A DNA stretch of 63,913 nucleotides, counting the filler, from Octopus bimaculoides (lineage: Eukaryota): NCBI RefSeq assembly GCF_001194135.2. It is 6 parts of 5 records of this genome, joined end to end, with 100 filler letters (N's around TTAATTAATTAA, not from the genome) between each part and the next. Parts side by side here need not be neighbours in the genome. Positions count along the whole stretch, not along the records: positions 49,044 to 62,449 come from NC_068981.1; positions 62,550 to 63,913 come from NC_069001.1; 4 more parts are not named here. One strand, 5' to 3'. Under the pieces are notes generated by a model. The model was given only the letters and a program-made list of their open reading frames with translations, did not search any database and was not told the origin of the DNA. Shown here in pieces: positions 48,944-63,504 of the stretch (position 1 is the stretch's first letter; every line of letters starts with the position of its first letter). Made by a program: the position numbers and the translations under genes.

Positions 48944-50493
48944 NNNNNNNNNNNNNNNNNNNNNNNNNNNNNNNNNNNNNNNNNNNNTTAATTAATTAAN
49001 NNNNNNNNNNNNNNNNNNNNNNNNNNNNNNNNNNNNNNNNNNNATTCAAACAGAGTGATGCACGTTTATTGAATTTACCAGTCTTAAGAAAAATTGACTA
49101 AAGAAAAAGTCTGTAAAATATTGATCGGAAATAAAAACAATAAGTACAACATTGGGATATTAAACAAAAATGATAGATTTGTACAACATTCAGAAAATTG
49201 TGTTCTGTGTGTATACTTCTGATTTATTTTTAACGATTAAGATGATTGAGAATGTATATGCGTGTGCTCTTGGGCCAATTACTACATGCTAAATCAGAAG
49301 GTATAATGAAACACAGTGATAAATATATAAAGACAAAATGAAAAAAAATGGTAGCCGGACGCATTATGCAAATTATCTCCACATCTATAACCAAACACAT
49401 TCAAGAATATATCATCAACGTACCTAATTTATTCGGTTTGAGAAAGTTAATTTCGTTAAATTGTTCTATTAGAGACTAACAGGGTTGTAATTAGTTTATT
49501 TGCTAATGATATTACACCAGAACTCCTGTGGCATTTTAAGAATATTGATTTTAGCACAGCAATCCTCCATTTCATCATTAAAAACAAAAGAATTACTCTC
49601 CTACTTCAACTAGGTGCCTCTGTCCCATAAGCTCGTTCGTTTTATTGTTTCCTCTCTTTCTCGTTTTACTTTCTTTCATCCCAGCCTCTCGCTCTCGCTG
49701 CAACAAATTCAGAGACAGATAGAGAAGCAGACTGACAGACAGAGTGACAAAGGGACGGAGAATCTAAATGTTATTCTTAGTGCATGTTTGAGAATATGTA
49801 GGAGATAACTGCTTGTTGCTAGCTCTGTGTTTGTTTAGGTATATATATATATATATNNNNNNNNNNNNNNNNNNNNNNNNNNNNNNNNNNNNNNNNNNNN
49901 NNNNNNNNNNNNNNNNNNNNNNNNNNNNNNNNNNNNNNNNNNNNNNNNNNNNNNNNNNNNNNNNNNNNNNNNNNNNNNNNNNNNNNNNNNNNNNNNNNNN
50001 NNNNNNNNNNNNNNNNNNNNNNNNNNNNNNNNNNNNNNNNNNNNNNNNNNNNNNNNNNNNNNNNNNNNNNNNNNNNNNNNNNNNNNNNNNNNNNNNNNNN
50101 NNNNNNNNNNNNNNNNNNNNNNNNNNNNNNNNNNNNNNNNNNNNNNNNNNNNNNNNNNNNNNNNNNNNNNNNNNNNNNNNNNNNNNNNNNNNNNNNNNNN
50201 NNNNNNNNNNNNNNNNNNNNNNNNNNNNNNNNNNNNNNNNNNNNNNNNNNNNNNNNNNNNNNNNNNNNNNNNNNNNNNNNNNNNNNNNNNNNNNNNNNNN
50301 ATATATATATATATATATATATACAGAGAGAGAGAGAGAGAGAAAGATATGCAGAAAACAGATATGATACTCAAGGCTTATGGGACATACACGCGTTTCA
50401 TCTAAATGCCAAATAATTATGTTACTGTGGTAGAGATATTATACAATTATGCATCATACATCAGAGTTTAGCTCCATATTCTGCGCTCTAGAC

Positions 50494-50575
50494 CAGGCAT
50501 CGGCAATCTATGGCACGCGTGCCATGTGTGGCATGCGGACGAATTCACAGTGGCACGTACGCCACTTGGCAAAAT
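50494..50575 (+). mobile_element. hAT (Charlie-like) left end
   Basis: CTCTAGAC target (NTCTAGAN) then CAGGCATCGGCAATCTATGGCACGCGTGCC; right end not found. Confidence 0.6.
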
Positions 50576-50882
50576 GTAAACGCAGATTTTTGTTTATATC
50601 TATATTTCAGGAAGCGACATTATTATAACTAAATTACATCGTTTTTATGATCCATCTATTCTAACCTAAACCATCTGAAGTTAATTGTATTTGGTAGTAT
50701 TATATTTCCGTGCAGATCATGATACGTTAAAATTACTTAACCACCTTACAGAGGACAGTCTAAATAAGAACACTCTTAAAAATGGGCTCCCACATTGCTA
50801 GTCATCTATAAGTAGACTGTTTTAAAATTATAATCTCATTTTATATGTACTGTATATATATATGCAAGTGTATGTGCGCACT

Positions 50883-50927
<45 letters not shown>

Positions 50928-51239
50928 GTAGACTCACATACACACAAATATTTTTTTCCTCTGATGCCTCTGTCAATCATTAATAACCAAGGATAAAGGT
51001 CCTAGTTGTCAGCCCTACTTGACAACCTGTGTTAGTGTGCTTATTTTCCAATAAGCGGTTCAGAAATAAACCGATAGAATAAGTATTAGGCTCAGAAAAT
51101 GAATCCTAGAGTCGATTTGTTCGACTGAACAGCGTTGTCTGTGGCTGAACAATCCGATGAACAAATGAATGTCTCTGACACACAAGCCACACTTGTGGCC
51201 TACCCCTGAACTATAAGAGTCATAGCGACGACTTTACCG

Positions 51240-51640
51240 GTAACTATTACTGTCGTGCTGTGTCAAGCCGTAAACGAGACTGGAGTGTCTTCTCCAGTGT
51301 GTTGTCTGGTTCTATCTCTCCAGTATAAAGTCTTCGATATAATATCAACCTAAGCAGTACGGTATGAAGAGCAGGATGTTGTCCATGCAGCTTGTTTCTC
51401 CGTTCCCGGAGAATTTGGCACCAGCGTAGTCGTGGGAGTTGCCAGAAAGAAGTTGCATACAACGTCGAACTGTCTCAGGATCTGCAACACCCGATATTTC
51501 GAAGACTCTGCCATGGCTGGGTATACCGCAAGTGTGTAGAGAGTTGGAAGTAAGGTGTTCCCACCCCAAGATGCAGCTTGTTAGCCCGAATAGGCTAACG
51601 AGTTCCATCTGCCCTGTATATATCCATAAATATCATGTCT
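51240..51640 (-). mobile_element. Possible RTE-like LINE C-terminal remnant
   Basis: QILRERRNKLHG resembles IRERRL.FAGH; weak. Confidence 0.35.
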
Positions 51641-51734
51641 GATAAAATAAAGAGATGTCATGGAAACTACCAGAACGCTCTATATTTTAAGACGTTTGAA
51701 TTGGAACTAAACTGGGGTAAAGCAAAATGCACAA

Positions 51735-52143
51735 TGTAGGTTCAAGCGTTGCTGTGTGTTAAGAAACTTGCTTTCCAGCCACATAGTTCCAGGTTCAATC
51801 TCACTGCGTGGCAACTTAGGCAAATGTTTTCTAGTATAGCATCTGGCCAAGCAAAGCTTTGTCAGTAGAATTGGTAGACGGAATCTGAAAGAAGTCCGAT
51901 ATCTACGTGTGTGTCTTTGCGTCTGTGTTTGTCCCCCACCACCGCTTGACAACCGGTGCTGGTGTGTTTATTTCCACCTAAGTTAGCGTTTCGGGGGAAA
52001 AAACGATAAAATAAGTACTAGGCTTATAAATAGGTCCTGGAGTTGATTTGTTCTACCAAAACCCTTCAAGACGGTGCTCCATCCTGGCCGCAGTCAAATG
52101 ACTGAAACAGGTAAGAGGTAAATAGTAAAAGAATAAAAGAAGA
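51735..52143 (+). mobile_element. SINE family A, full length
   Basis: Head, CORE-like motif, tail. Confidence 0.85.
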
Positions 52144-52154
52144 ACAAACAATAC

Positions 52155-52365
52155 CAGAGTAGTCCCTCGACTATCGTGGGTGTTACGTTCCAAGACACAC
52201 CGTGATAGGTGAAAATCCGTGATGTAGAAACAGTACTGCACCGTATATTCTTTTAATATTATTTTATAATTTGTATATATCTGTTTTATTATAAATGCAA
52301 AACAACATCACGGAGGAATCGACGTAAGCTTAGATAATAAACCGCGATATGGAGAGAAATTACTG
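52155..52365. mobile_element. pogo/Tigger-like MITE
   Basis: AGTAGTCCCTCGACTATCGTGG ... CCGCGATATGGAGAGAAATTACTG|TA imperfect TIRs. Confidence 0.7.
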
Positions 52366-52943
52366 TATTTATTATAATGTGGCATAATACATCAATATGC
52401 TACAACACGTGCATTTCATCGATAAGGTAGTAAATGGCAAAAATTTCCTTAAGTGAAAAAGAAAAAAAAGCAGAGAAAAAAAAGATCAACTTAAGCGACA
52501 CTTCTAAGAATCAAAACACATCAACCATGACATGGGTTGAGAAAATAAAATCAAGTTCAAAAGTATTATACATAAAAAATTAGGTGCATGTTATATAAAT
52601 TTCAACATATTGGTTTAAATATTTTTTCTTTTCAGTTCCTAGATATCCATGTCGCTCTGTTATTTAGTCTCTTTGAGCAAACAGCTTTAATATAAAACCT
52701 CTGCTAATCTTATGGGTATTAATGTGATATAGGTGGCATATATTAGGTTACGTGGGTCCTTATAGCATATATACACAAGTCTGCGTGTGTGCGCGTGCGC
52801 GCGCGTGTATGTGTTAATGGATATATATATACACACTTAGACTCACAGGAGAGGGAGAGGAATTGTAATAAAATGAAATTAAAATTAATGCAACATGCAT
52901 TGAAATATATGAATAAAACTACATCAAAAACTGGTTATAAAAC

Positions 52944-53130
52944 GGTGATCTTGCAGAAACGTTAGCACGCCGGGCGAAATGCTTAGCGGTATTTCGTTTG
53001 CCGTTATGTTCTGAGTTCAAATTCCGCCGAGGTCGACTTTGCCTTTCATCCTCTCGGGGTCGATAAATTAAGTACCAATTACGCACTGAGGTAGATGTAA
53101 TCGACTTAATCCCTTTGTCTGTCCTTGTTT
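52944..53130 (+). mobile_element. SINE family B (long tail), young
   Basis: GCAGAAACGTTAGCACGCCGGGCGAAATGCTTAGCGG..GAGTTCAAATTCCGCCGAGGTCGAC. Confidence 0.9.
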
Positions 53131-53139
53131 CCACTGTTT

Positions 53140-53700
53140 ACAGCAGTCCTTGGAAGTAACGTGTGTAGCGTGTGATCATCATATTAACCATGACAGAGAA
53201 AGCTCAGCAAAGAATCTGCATCAAACTTAACAAAATGCTTGGCGATACCAACTCAGAGGCCTACACAAAGTTTTCAAAATGTTTTCATCGTTCTCGACAC
53301 ATTCAAGGAGATCCTTGTGCAACTGAAACCCTAGTGTCTTTTTGGTCAGCTGAAAGCAGTTTTGGCACAAACTTGGCAGACACGCGTCTCATACCCAAAT
53401 CTTCAGTGATAATAAACTGAACTAAACCGTAACAAATCTGCACATCCTCTGATAACTCACGTATGGTGAATCAACTATTTCTACTCACAGCAACACGCAC
53501 ATTTGCGATATTTTTCTCAGTTCTGCTGGTTCAGGGTCTCCCAGAATGTTCGTCACTATCGACATTTTTCGGCCATCTTGCAAACGTCTGAAACACTCGT
53601 ACACTTGTGTACGGCTCATACACTCCTCTCCATAAGCTTTCTACAACTTTGTGTAGGCCCCTGAACAGGTATCACCAGTTATTCTTGAGTGCTACTGGTA
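53140..53700. mobile_element. Rearranged mariner transposase remnant (short + strand N-terminus, then inverted N-terminal half)
   Basis: Plus: QQRICIKL..LGDTNSEAYTK; minus: GDTCSGAYTKL*KAYGEECMSRTQVYE..SGRP..TIRELSEDV..RRVSAKFVPKLL. Confidence 0.85.
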
Positions 53701-54026
53701 ACATGTAATCCATTACAATCTGTTGCATGGTCGGGTCGTAAGCGACTAAACTTGCTACCCAACTGACCTTGCTTCGTGAAGAGGATCATTGTTGGTCACC
53801 CCTGCCGAACGAAAAATAAAACCCGTCAAAGGGTGAAGAAACAGATGAGTAGACAACAGCCATCCAACAATCTTTACATAATTATATGTTGTTTGCGTAT
53901 TTTTATTTTATTTATACTTTTAACTTTTACATCTTCATTGATATTTATATATATAATATATTTATATATATATATATTATTTTTATATTTATATTTTATA
54001 TTCTCTCTCTTTGCACAGACAGACAG

Positions 54027-54068
<42 letters not shown>

Positions 54069-54289
54069 TTATGTGTAAGTCGCCACAAACCTATAACTAA
54101 GTAGTGGCACAAGCCGTACCATCATTACTTGATCTGCGACGTAGTCTGCATCTGAAAAGTGGCACACTGTGCACGAGTACAAATTATGCTTTCTAGATGG
54201 AAAAAGTGGGTTTTGTCCAGCACAAGCAAATTTCTCTTTAAACAAACTCATATTTCGGATCGTTAAGTAACAACATAAGGACAAAGAAA

Positions 54290-55331
54290 ATCCTACGGCG
54301 ACAAAGTGATAGCGACGGGAACAAGTGGATAAAGAATTTGGTGTGGGTTTTGTTATTAGTAATGTTATTCCACAGAAACTAGAATCCTTGCCAAATGGAA
54401 TTAATATTCGTCTTATGTTACTGAGAATCCCAATTGGCCTAGAAAAATATGCTACACTAGTAAGTGCATACGCACCAATATTTGGTTCTACACATGCAGT
54501 TAAAGGCGAATTCTATTGCGATTTACAAATATTACCGAACCGAATTCCCAATTATGATAACGTTTTTCTTTTAAGAGATCTTAATGCCCATGTTGGATTA
54601 GGTTACCTTTCTTGGCCAAATGTCCTTGGTAAGCATTATCTTGGAAAAATTAACTCAACGGTCTCCTACTATTATCTTGGTGCACTAAGTTTGGACTTGC
54701 TGTCCAATGCACTTTTTCAGCAGTCCATTAAAAACAAAATCAGTTGATTGATTATGTCATTGTCCGAAGCCGAGATAGAAATGACGTTGAATGTGTTAGT
54801 TTAACGTCATTTCTATCTCGTTATTAAACAAACCAAGCAGAGCTACGGTTCAAAACATTTTGGCTAATGAACGTATTCACAGAACATGGTTAAAATCAAT
54901 GACTCAAGCAATATAAGATAGTATACTGTTGTGACCATACTATAGCTTGTAGTTTGATAGAAATGAAACCAAAGCCAACAATAAAACAAAATCGTAAAAA
55001 AAAACTCATAAGGAAACTTAATATTTCAAATCTTTTCCCTGAAACACTTGAAGAAATATTACAAAATGTTAGAATCATGGAAAATATAGAAGAATCAGGA
55101 GTTCAACTTAGAGATATTATTTATAAGTCATTCAAGAAAAGTTCTTGCGTTTTGATGTTGTAAAAACCAAGATTGGTTTGACGAAAAGGAAATGGTTATA
55201 AATGAACAGTTGCAAGAAATGTACAGACTTCTCAAAGAATGGACTGCAAATAAGAACTCTGCTAGAAAGAAAAGGGTTTACAAGTTTGCCAAAAACTCTG
55301 TTCGAACTGATGTCCGAAAAATGAAGCAATA
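54290..55331 (+). mobile_element. BovB-like RTE LINE fragment (APE endonuclease plus linker)
   Basis: GVGFVIS, GINIRLMLLRIP, ATLVSAYAP, DLNAHVG, LIDYVIVRSRDRNDV, CCDHTI, RKLNISNL. Confidence 0.88.
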
Positions 55332-55649
55332 ATTTAATATTTAATTCATTTAAACACTTAAGAGGTGACCATCTTAGGACACCTAGCACGCTAGAAGGAG
55401 TAGCCAAAATCCAAACCACTAATAGGGATAAATTACGAAGGGAATGAAAAATAAAAACATTTACCATCTATCTCCTGGACCACTGTATTAAATGTACACT
55501 GTATTTATATGAATAATATATAGTCTATTGACTAGTTTTCTACATGCTAGGCTAGTTATTATGTGTTATCAGTTATTATGACAAACGCTTCGAAAAAAAA
55601 AACTTTGAATAAAGGGAAATTACTCCAATAGGCATGATGAAAGAAATAC

Positions 55650-56350
55650 TTCATTCATAGAATCCGCATATGCACACATATACACACACACACATACGCG
55701 TACGCACACACATGTATGTATATATATCTATATAGATACTCACACACGTGTGTGCATATACATACAAACACACATATATACATATATATATATATGTTTA
55801 CGTATACACGCATATACATACGCATATATACCCATGCATGCCTCACTAAGCACATGTTTACATCTCTCTACACACATACACACATACATACGTGGATATG
55901 CAAAACGTAGTTTGTACGCACATGCATATACATACGCGGAGAGACGTATATACAAATAAAAACACATACGCAAAAATGCACGCATCATTATGTTCATATA
56001 CACATCTCTGTACGCACATATACAAAACGTAATCTATTCGCACATGCACATATATACGCGGATAGACGTATATACAAAAAAAAAGCACATGCGCAAAAAA
56101 CATAAACCGTAAAATATTCACATTGACCGCAAAACTTGAATATACAAATGAGTTATATACACCCCCTGTCTGTCAAACACATCTACACATGTAGATATAT
56201 AAACGCATATACATACATACATGTATGAAGGAAGGAGACACGTACAACAGGTAGAGTCTTGCACTCGTATAAATACAATCATTCGTACACATTTATATAT
56301 GCACGTACATACACAATAGGTATATGCTACACGCGTATAAGTTACACAAT
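55650..56350. repeat. Cryptic purine-pyrimidine (CA/TA/CG) simple-sequence field
   Basis: Direct inspection. Confidence 0.85.
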
Positions 56351-56539
56351 TATGAAGGGTGAAAAATAAAATACAGAAAAAATATATAAAGCAATAAAAT
56401 ATATATAAGAAATATAAAAGATATGTTAAGAAACTCAGAGTTTCGGATAGCGGGGCTGAAGTCTGTCTTTCATATGCCTTAACATCTCTTTTATATAATG
56501 GCGACCATGACAAATTTGTATGCAGTAGTAGTAGTAGTG

Positions 56540-56604
<65 letters not shown>

Positions 56605-58242
56605 TGTTGTTGTAGTAGTAGAAGGAGGTGAAGTAGCAGCAGCAGCAGCAGCAATACCATCAGTAACACTGGCAGCTATACAATTTATAAATTACTAAAA
56701 ATATAAATAAACAAACGGATAAATCGTAACATAGGATATTTAGATCATAACTATAATACGTAGTATCAAGTTATTAAAGAAACCAAGCAGAGCTACGGTT
56801 CAAAACATTTTGGCTAATGAACGTATTCACAGAACATGGTTAAAATCAATGACTCAAGCAATATTAAAAATGAGTTCCATACCAAATATTCGCTTTAATT
56901 ATTTTACTTTTNNNNNNNNNNNNNNNNNNNNNNNNNNNNNNNNNNNNNNNNNNNNNNNNNNNNNNNNNNNNNNNNNNNNNNNNNNNNNNNNNNNNNNNNN
57001 NNNNNNNNNNNNNNNNNNNNNNNNNNNNNNNNNNNNNNNNNNNNNNNNNNNNNNNNNNNNNNNNNNNNNNNNNNNNNNNNNNNNNNNNNNNNNNNNNNNN
57101 NNNNNNNNNNNNNNNNNNNNNNNNNNNNNNNNNNNNNNNNNNNNNNNNNNNNNNNNNNNNNNNNNNNNNNNNNNNNNNNNNNNNNNNNNNNNNNNNNNNN
57201 NNNNNNNNNNNNNNNNNNNNNNNNNNNNNNNNNNNNNNNNNNNNNNNNNNNNNNNNNNNNNNNNNNNNNNNNNNNNNNNNNNNNNNNNNNNNNNNNNNNN
57301 NNNNNNNNNNNNNNNNNNNNNNNNNNNNNNNNNNNNNNNNNNNNNNNNNNNNNNNNNNNNNNNNNNNNNNNNNNNNNNNNNNNNNNNNNNNNNNNNNNNN
57401 NNNNNNNNNNTATATATATACATACATATATATATACACATATGTATTCATACATGCATACATGCATGGGTGGGGGTGTATGTGTGTGAATACTGAAACT
57501 TAATGTTGTTACATGTATCTGCATGTATATATACTGCTGTGAATGTGGGTATGTATCTTAATGCAAGCGCGCAGAGAGTCAGACATGTAGAAACGTGCAG
57601 ATGAATGTATGTGTGTGCGCGCGAGTGTGTTTGCATGTGATTTACATGCACAAATGAATATGAAGATATACACAAGCACATAGATATGTAAAACAGATCT
57701 GAAAATACGTGGACATACATGTATGTGTGCATGTATATTTCTGTGTGTATGCCTACGTGTATATATGTATGTACACGCATGTATGTATACTGGTATATAA
57801 TATATATATATATATATATATANNNNNNNNNNNNNNNNNNNNNNNNNNNNNNNNNNNNNNNNNNNNNNNNNNNNNNNNNNNNNNNNNNNNNNNNNNNNNN
57901 NNNNNNNNNNNNNNNNNNNNNNNNNNNNNNNNNNNNNNNNNNNNNNNNNNNNNNNNNNNNNNNNNNNNNNNNNNNNNNNNNNNNNNNNNNNNNNNNNNNN
58001 NNNNNNNNNNNNNNNNNNNNNNNNNNNNNNNNNNNNNNNNNNNNNNNNNNNNNNNNNNNNNNNNNNNNNNNNNNNNNNNNNNNNNNNNNNNNNNNNNNNN
58101 NNNNNNNNNNNNNNNNNNNNNNNNNNNNNNNNNNNNNNNNNNNNNNNNNNNNNNNNNNNNNNNNNNNNNNNNNNNNNNNNNNNNNNNNNNNNNNTTAGAA
58201 TTTGACGGACAGACAGACAGACGGAAAGGCAGACAGTCAGTG

Positions 58243-58284
<42 letters not shown>

Positions 58285-59149
58285 TAAGAAAGAAAGAAAG
58301 AAAGAAAGGGTTGGAACATGAGTGTGGAATGAGAGTATTTCAAAAAAAAAAAAAATGTAAAGGACAAAGAAAACAAATGTGCGGTAGGGTTAAATGAATG
58401 AAGTAATCAAATGTTGAAAGTAATGTTATGTTTATACAGTACTGTATAGCTTGAAAGAAAATAGATAATTATAAGGTAGGAAGGTATAGAAAAATATATA
58501 AAAAATATAAAGTATAAAAAGTATATATAACAAACAAACAAGTAAAACAGTTCGGTAACATTTAATTGAATTTCTTCTGTTTTTATGCTTTCCCCTTTGC
58601 CATTAAAAATATCTTGTGATATTTCTAATTTTTGTGATGTTTCTTAATGTTATATATCTATTTGTTTTATCTGTTCTATCCGTTTTTGCTTTGCTTGTTT
58701 GGTTTCTGAAATCTGGTTTGTGTAATTAACATTAAAACAAAAAAAAAAAGAAAGTAATGAAATGAAATATAAATTTCAATAAATAAAGAAGAAAAAGAAA
58801 AGAAATTCAGGCACAAACACAACTAGAAGTATGTATGTAAATTTACAGATATAGACACATTAGTGAATATATATACATATATTATATATGTATGTATGTA
58901 TGTATGTATTTATGTATGTAAGTACCTGTGTGTGTACACACATAAACACACATGTATATACATATATAATGATTATAAATCTACATACACATTTACACCA
59001 TATACTTTAAATATGTAATATAGTTTTGTATATATATCTATGTATGCCTATATATGCTTTATACATTTTAATACACCAAATAATGCTATATATATATATA
59101 TACACAAAAAACTTGCACACATATAGATATAAGCGTACATGTATGCATA

Positions 59150-59212
<63 letters not shown>

Positions 59213-59319
59213 GCCTACATTATATACAATTTTTACACACAACACACACTCATGCACACGCATATAAATACATACATACAGACAGACAGATATAGTAGGA
59301 GCATACACATGTAAGGTGT

Positions 59320-59375
<56 letters not shown>

Positions 59376-59564
59376 ACCTGTGTTTGTGTATGTTAGCAAA
59401 TATATATTTATATATCACATTACCTATATGCACTAAGCTTCCATCTGACATTACAGAACTTAGTTAAAACGCAACCTGAACTTATTTTCCAAATATTGAC
59501 AAATCCTATTTCAAATCAAATAACAAACCCCCATCACCTCTTTTTCTCCCTCTCACTCTCTCTC

Positions 59565-59623
<59 letters not shown>

Positions 59624-59951
59624 TCCCTCCTCTTCTCTCATTCCTCCTCTTCTCTCCTCTTCCTGTTGAACCTTTTCCTCTCTCGTTACTCATTTCTCCT
59701 TTCTATCTTTATCTTCCTTTCACTGTTTCCCTCTCTCATATATGTATATTCCAAATTCTTCCCTTTCTATATTTCCATTAATATAGTGGATATTATTGCC
59801 GTTAAATTTGTAGCTGCAGTTTTTGTTTATATTATTTTTGTTTTGTTTTTCTTTTTTCGTTTGTGGGAGTTAGTGACAAATTTATGTCTTGCATTTCATT
59901 TCAAGGTATACTCATCTTCGATAATTAATATTTTTTTCTGTTGTTTTCTCC

Positions 59952-60005
<54 letters not shown>

Positions 60006-60486
60006 TTTTTGTTAGGGCTGTCTAATGATATATTTATTTATAGTGCTTACATGTAGATTTAATCTTTTTCAAATACCTATGAAAAATATAATCTTAAATC
60101 ACCATAAAACGATATAGTATCTTTTATCTACAAAGACTGGTGTGTATATATACATGCAGTTATATATATGTATAAGGGGTGTATTTTGTGTCAATACGCT
60201 TATATGTTTTCATTATGTATGTATTCGGTGGAAACCTATCTTCAATCTATATAATTAAACGCTATGTACCGTGTATAATTCCGTATGACATATTTAACTG
60301 GCATTTGCAAATATGCCCGAATACAATTTTCATGTGCGGACACACATACATATGCATATACATATACGTACATGCACACACACGCGTGGGCATGTGTACA
60401 CACACACACAGACACACATATATATATGTATGTATTATATATATGTATTATTTGTATGTATTATATATATGAATATATACATGTAT

Positions 60487-60527
<41 letters not shown>

Positions 60528-60851
60528 TATATTATATTGCATTATATGCATGCCACGTGAAACTATGTATGGATTCAGTTCTGCATGTATGAATACATGA
60601 CGTATATATGATATATACTTTCTCGTCAAAGATGTTGCGGTCTCTCCACAGTCCAGTATATGTCTCATCAGTAGATACCAGGTTCAATTCACTGATTGGC
60701 TGCCTCGTCCATCGAGCCTACATATTAATACCAACATCAATTCACCTGTGTGTTCAGATAAGTAACGCTATTATGATAATAATCTTATATTCACTATCTC
60801 GTTCTCTTTATCTTTTCTTAACATTATATCTACATTCTTCAAGCCTCTCTC

Positions 60852-60932
<81 letters not shown>

Positions 60933-61118
60933 GAAACAGTGAGAGGGAGATGGGGAGGGATAGAAAGAAACAGCGACAGAGTGTGTGTGTGTGTGTGTGT
61001 CTATCCGTCTGTATGTGTGCGTGTTAAGTTTGTGTATTTGTCTGCATGTGTTTTAGTAGAAACGAGACCTCAAATATACTATTTTGCTCAATGTAACAGA
61101 GTTATCTGATCCATTTAA

Positions 61119-61875
61119 CTGTTAGAGACCTTAATACCGGCATAGCGGTGGCAATACCAGGCGCGGACATGCCGTAGCACCGGTAAAACGTTGCTGGATC
61201 ATTGGGTGTAGCACGTGTTTGATTACGCATGTTTTGATTCTGTTTTGATCGACCAATCAGAACAACTGTTACATCTGAAAGTAACCCGATATGTCTGCGT
61301 CCAGTCTCATTGTTTTGGCGACATATCCTAGTAGAAATAGGGGAAATTTTCACAATGAAACGAGCACTAGAGTATGAAAATTAGCTTGGACCGTCAGGAT
61401 TAAGACGCAAGAGCGACGTGCAATATACTCCCAAACAAATGTTTGATATATTGGATGAATTCAGTGAGTTAGACGCCGGAAATGATGCGGATTACTCAGA
61501 CTGTGACTTGGAATCTGTTTCTGACCATAATAAGTACAGTGTAAGAAGTGAAGGCGGTGAGAGTAAACGTGATTCGGATGATTAATCCAGTGGTGCAAAA
61601 TAGAGCGTGGCACTTTTAAAACTTGAACAGCAGTAAAGATACCATATGCACAAGTCCATTTGATACTTCAAATTGTGGACCCTAATATATTCGAGACGGC
61701 ATAAATGGGTTAGTCTGAGCCAACTGAGCTTCCAAAATATTATTCCTGGATAATCAATCCTGGAAAAACCTCGTTATAGCAGCGCTGCATTTAAATCCTG
61801 TCAGAATCGGGCACAAATGGCTCAGAGGCCCAGGCAAAGGATCAAATAGTGCCAAGGAGGTCAGGGATCAAAGAG
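61119..61875 (+). mobile_element. Probable internally deleted piggyBac-like element
   Basis: TTAA at both ends, degenerate TIRs (CTGTTAGAGACC versus reverse complement CTCTTTGATCCC), acidic frame ILDEFSELDAGNDADYSDCDLESVSD. Confidence 0.5.
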
Positions 61876-62413
61876 TTAAAAATGATAACGATAATTATCT
61901 TGCTAACCCAAAATGCAAATTTAATGAATGCAGGGAAAACGTGAAGCAAGTTCAGTAAAAATATTTTGTCACCTAATTTTTTGCATTCCAATTTCTAATC
62001 TTTTTGAAATTTTGAACAAAGGATTTTCCATACAATGACAGATAATAATATATATTTGAAATTACGCCTTTATTCATCAACGCTAACATCAAACGACATA
62101 GATTACGTTGGGTTTTTTTTTTATTCATATGATACTGAAGATATGAAAGCATGAAATGTTTTTGTACGTAAACTTACAAGATTAAATATGAGTAATGTAT
62201 ATAACAATTAATAGGCGAATATGTAATGCATATGCCACTATATTTTTAACCTGAAACTAACCAAATCTCTATGTACTATTGAAAGAAAAGACATTTTGAT
62301 GTACTTGTGAAAATTTTTACTCGTATACTGTCAAGCTACTTCTCTACTTCAATCATTTGAATAACCGAGAAGTTTCAGTTATGCATGCACGTATGCATAT
62401 TTCGTCGTCGCCA

Positions 62414-62449
<36 letters not shown>

Positions 62450-63504
62450 NNNNNNNNNNNNNNNNNNNNNNNNNNNNNNNNNNNNNNNNNNNNTTAATTA
62501 ATTAANNNNNNNNNNNNNNNNNNNNNNNNNNNNNNNNNNNNNNNNNNNNTATATATATATTTATATTTATATATTTATATATTTGATCCTTTATATTGAA
62601 CACTCAATATTTCATCTACATTCAATACTTTATTTCATGGTGCCATCCATTTTTATTTTATTTTTTATTTTATTTTATATTATATATTGTATATTATATT
62701 ATATATTGTATATTCCATATTCTATACCCCACATTAGTTCTGCAGGAATATAAATAAAACATAAAAAACAGACAGTGTTGGAACTCTTTTAAGCAAAATA
62801 ATATATTCCTCTATACACAATCATACAAAAAAATCCACCTTTTTTTGTATTTATTTTTACTCGCATATATATGTATATATATATACACACATACATATAC
62901 GTATGTATATATATATATACACACACACACATATATATAAACATACAAAAACACCTACATATATGTATATATATATATATGTACACACATACATATATGT
63001 ATGTATATATATACACATACACACACATATATTCAGATATAAACATACTCATACATACATACACGTACTACATATATATATAGACACACATACATGCATA
63101 TATACATACACGAATATATACATACAAATATAATCATATGCATTAAATTATATTAGTATTGAGTTATTTTTATATTTCACGTTATTACTTATTGTATATA
63201 TTACATTACATTATTTTATTTATATCAAATATTTACACAATCTGAAACTAAATCCCGAAATGACAGCCATAAATTGACTTGAGTTGTTATAAGATCGATT
63301 ATACAATTATTTGTGACTCAAATATTGATTTCTTTAGCCAGGCTTAATGTTTGTAGTCGTTAATATTGGTAGTTATTGGCTGGTACAGGTAAAGGGGGAA
63401 ATCTAGCTGTTGTGTTTAAATAGGCCTGGCCATGTGACTACACAGAAGCTCGCTGGCTAACTCAAGCAACAGCGAGCAATATAGGGGTTGATTAAGCGAA
63501 GCCT

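Noticed and set aside
2978-58376. ORFs made of X runs or YI/CV/HT/RE dipeptides
   Set aside because: Artefacts of N gaps and dinucleotide or tetranucleotide repeats.
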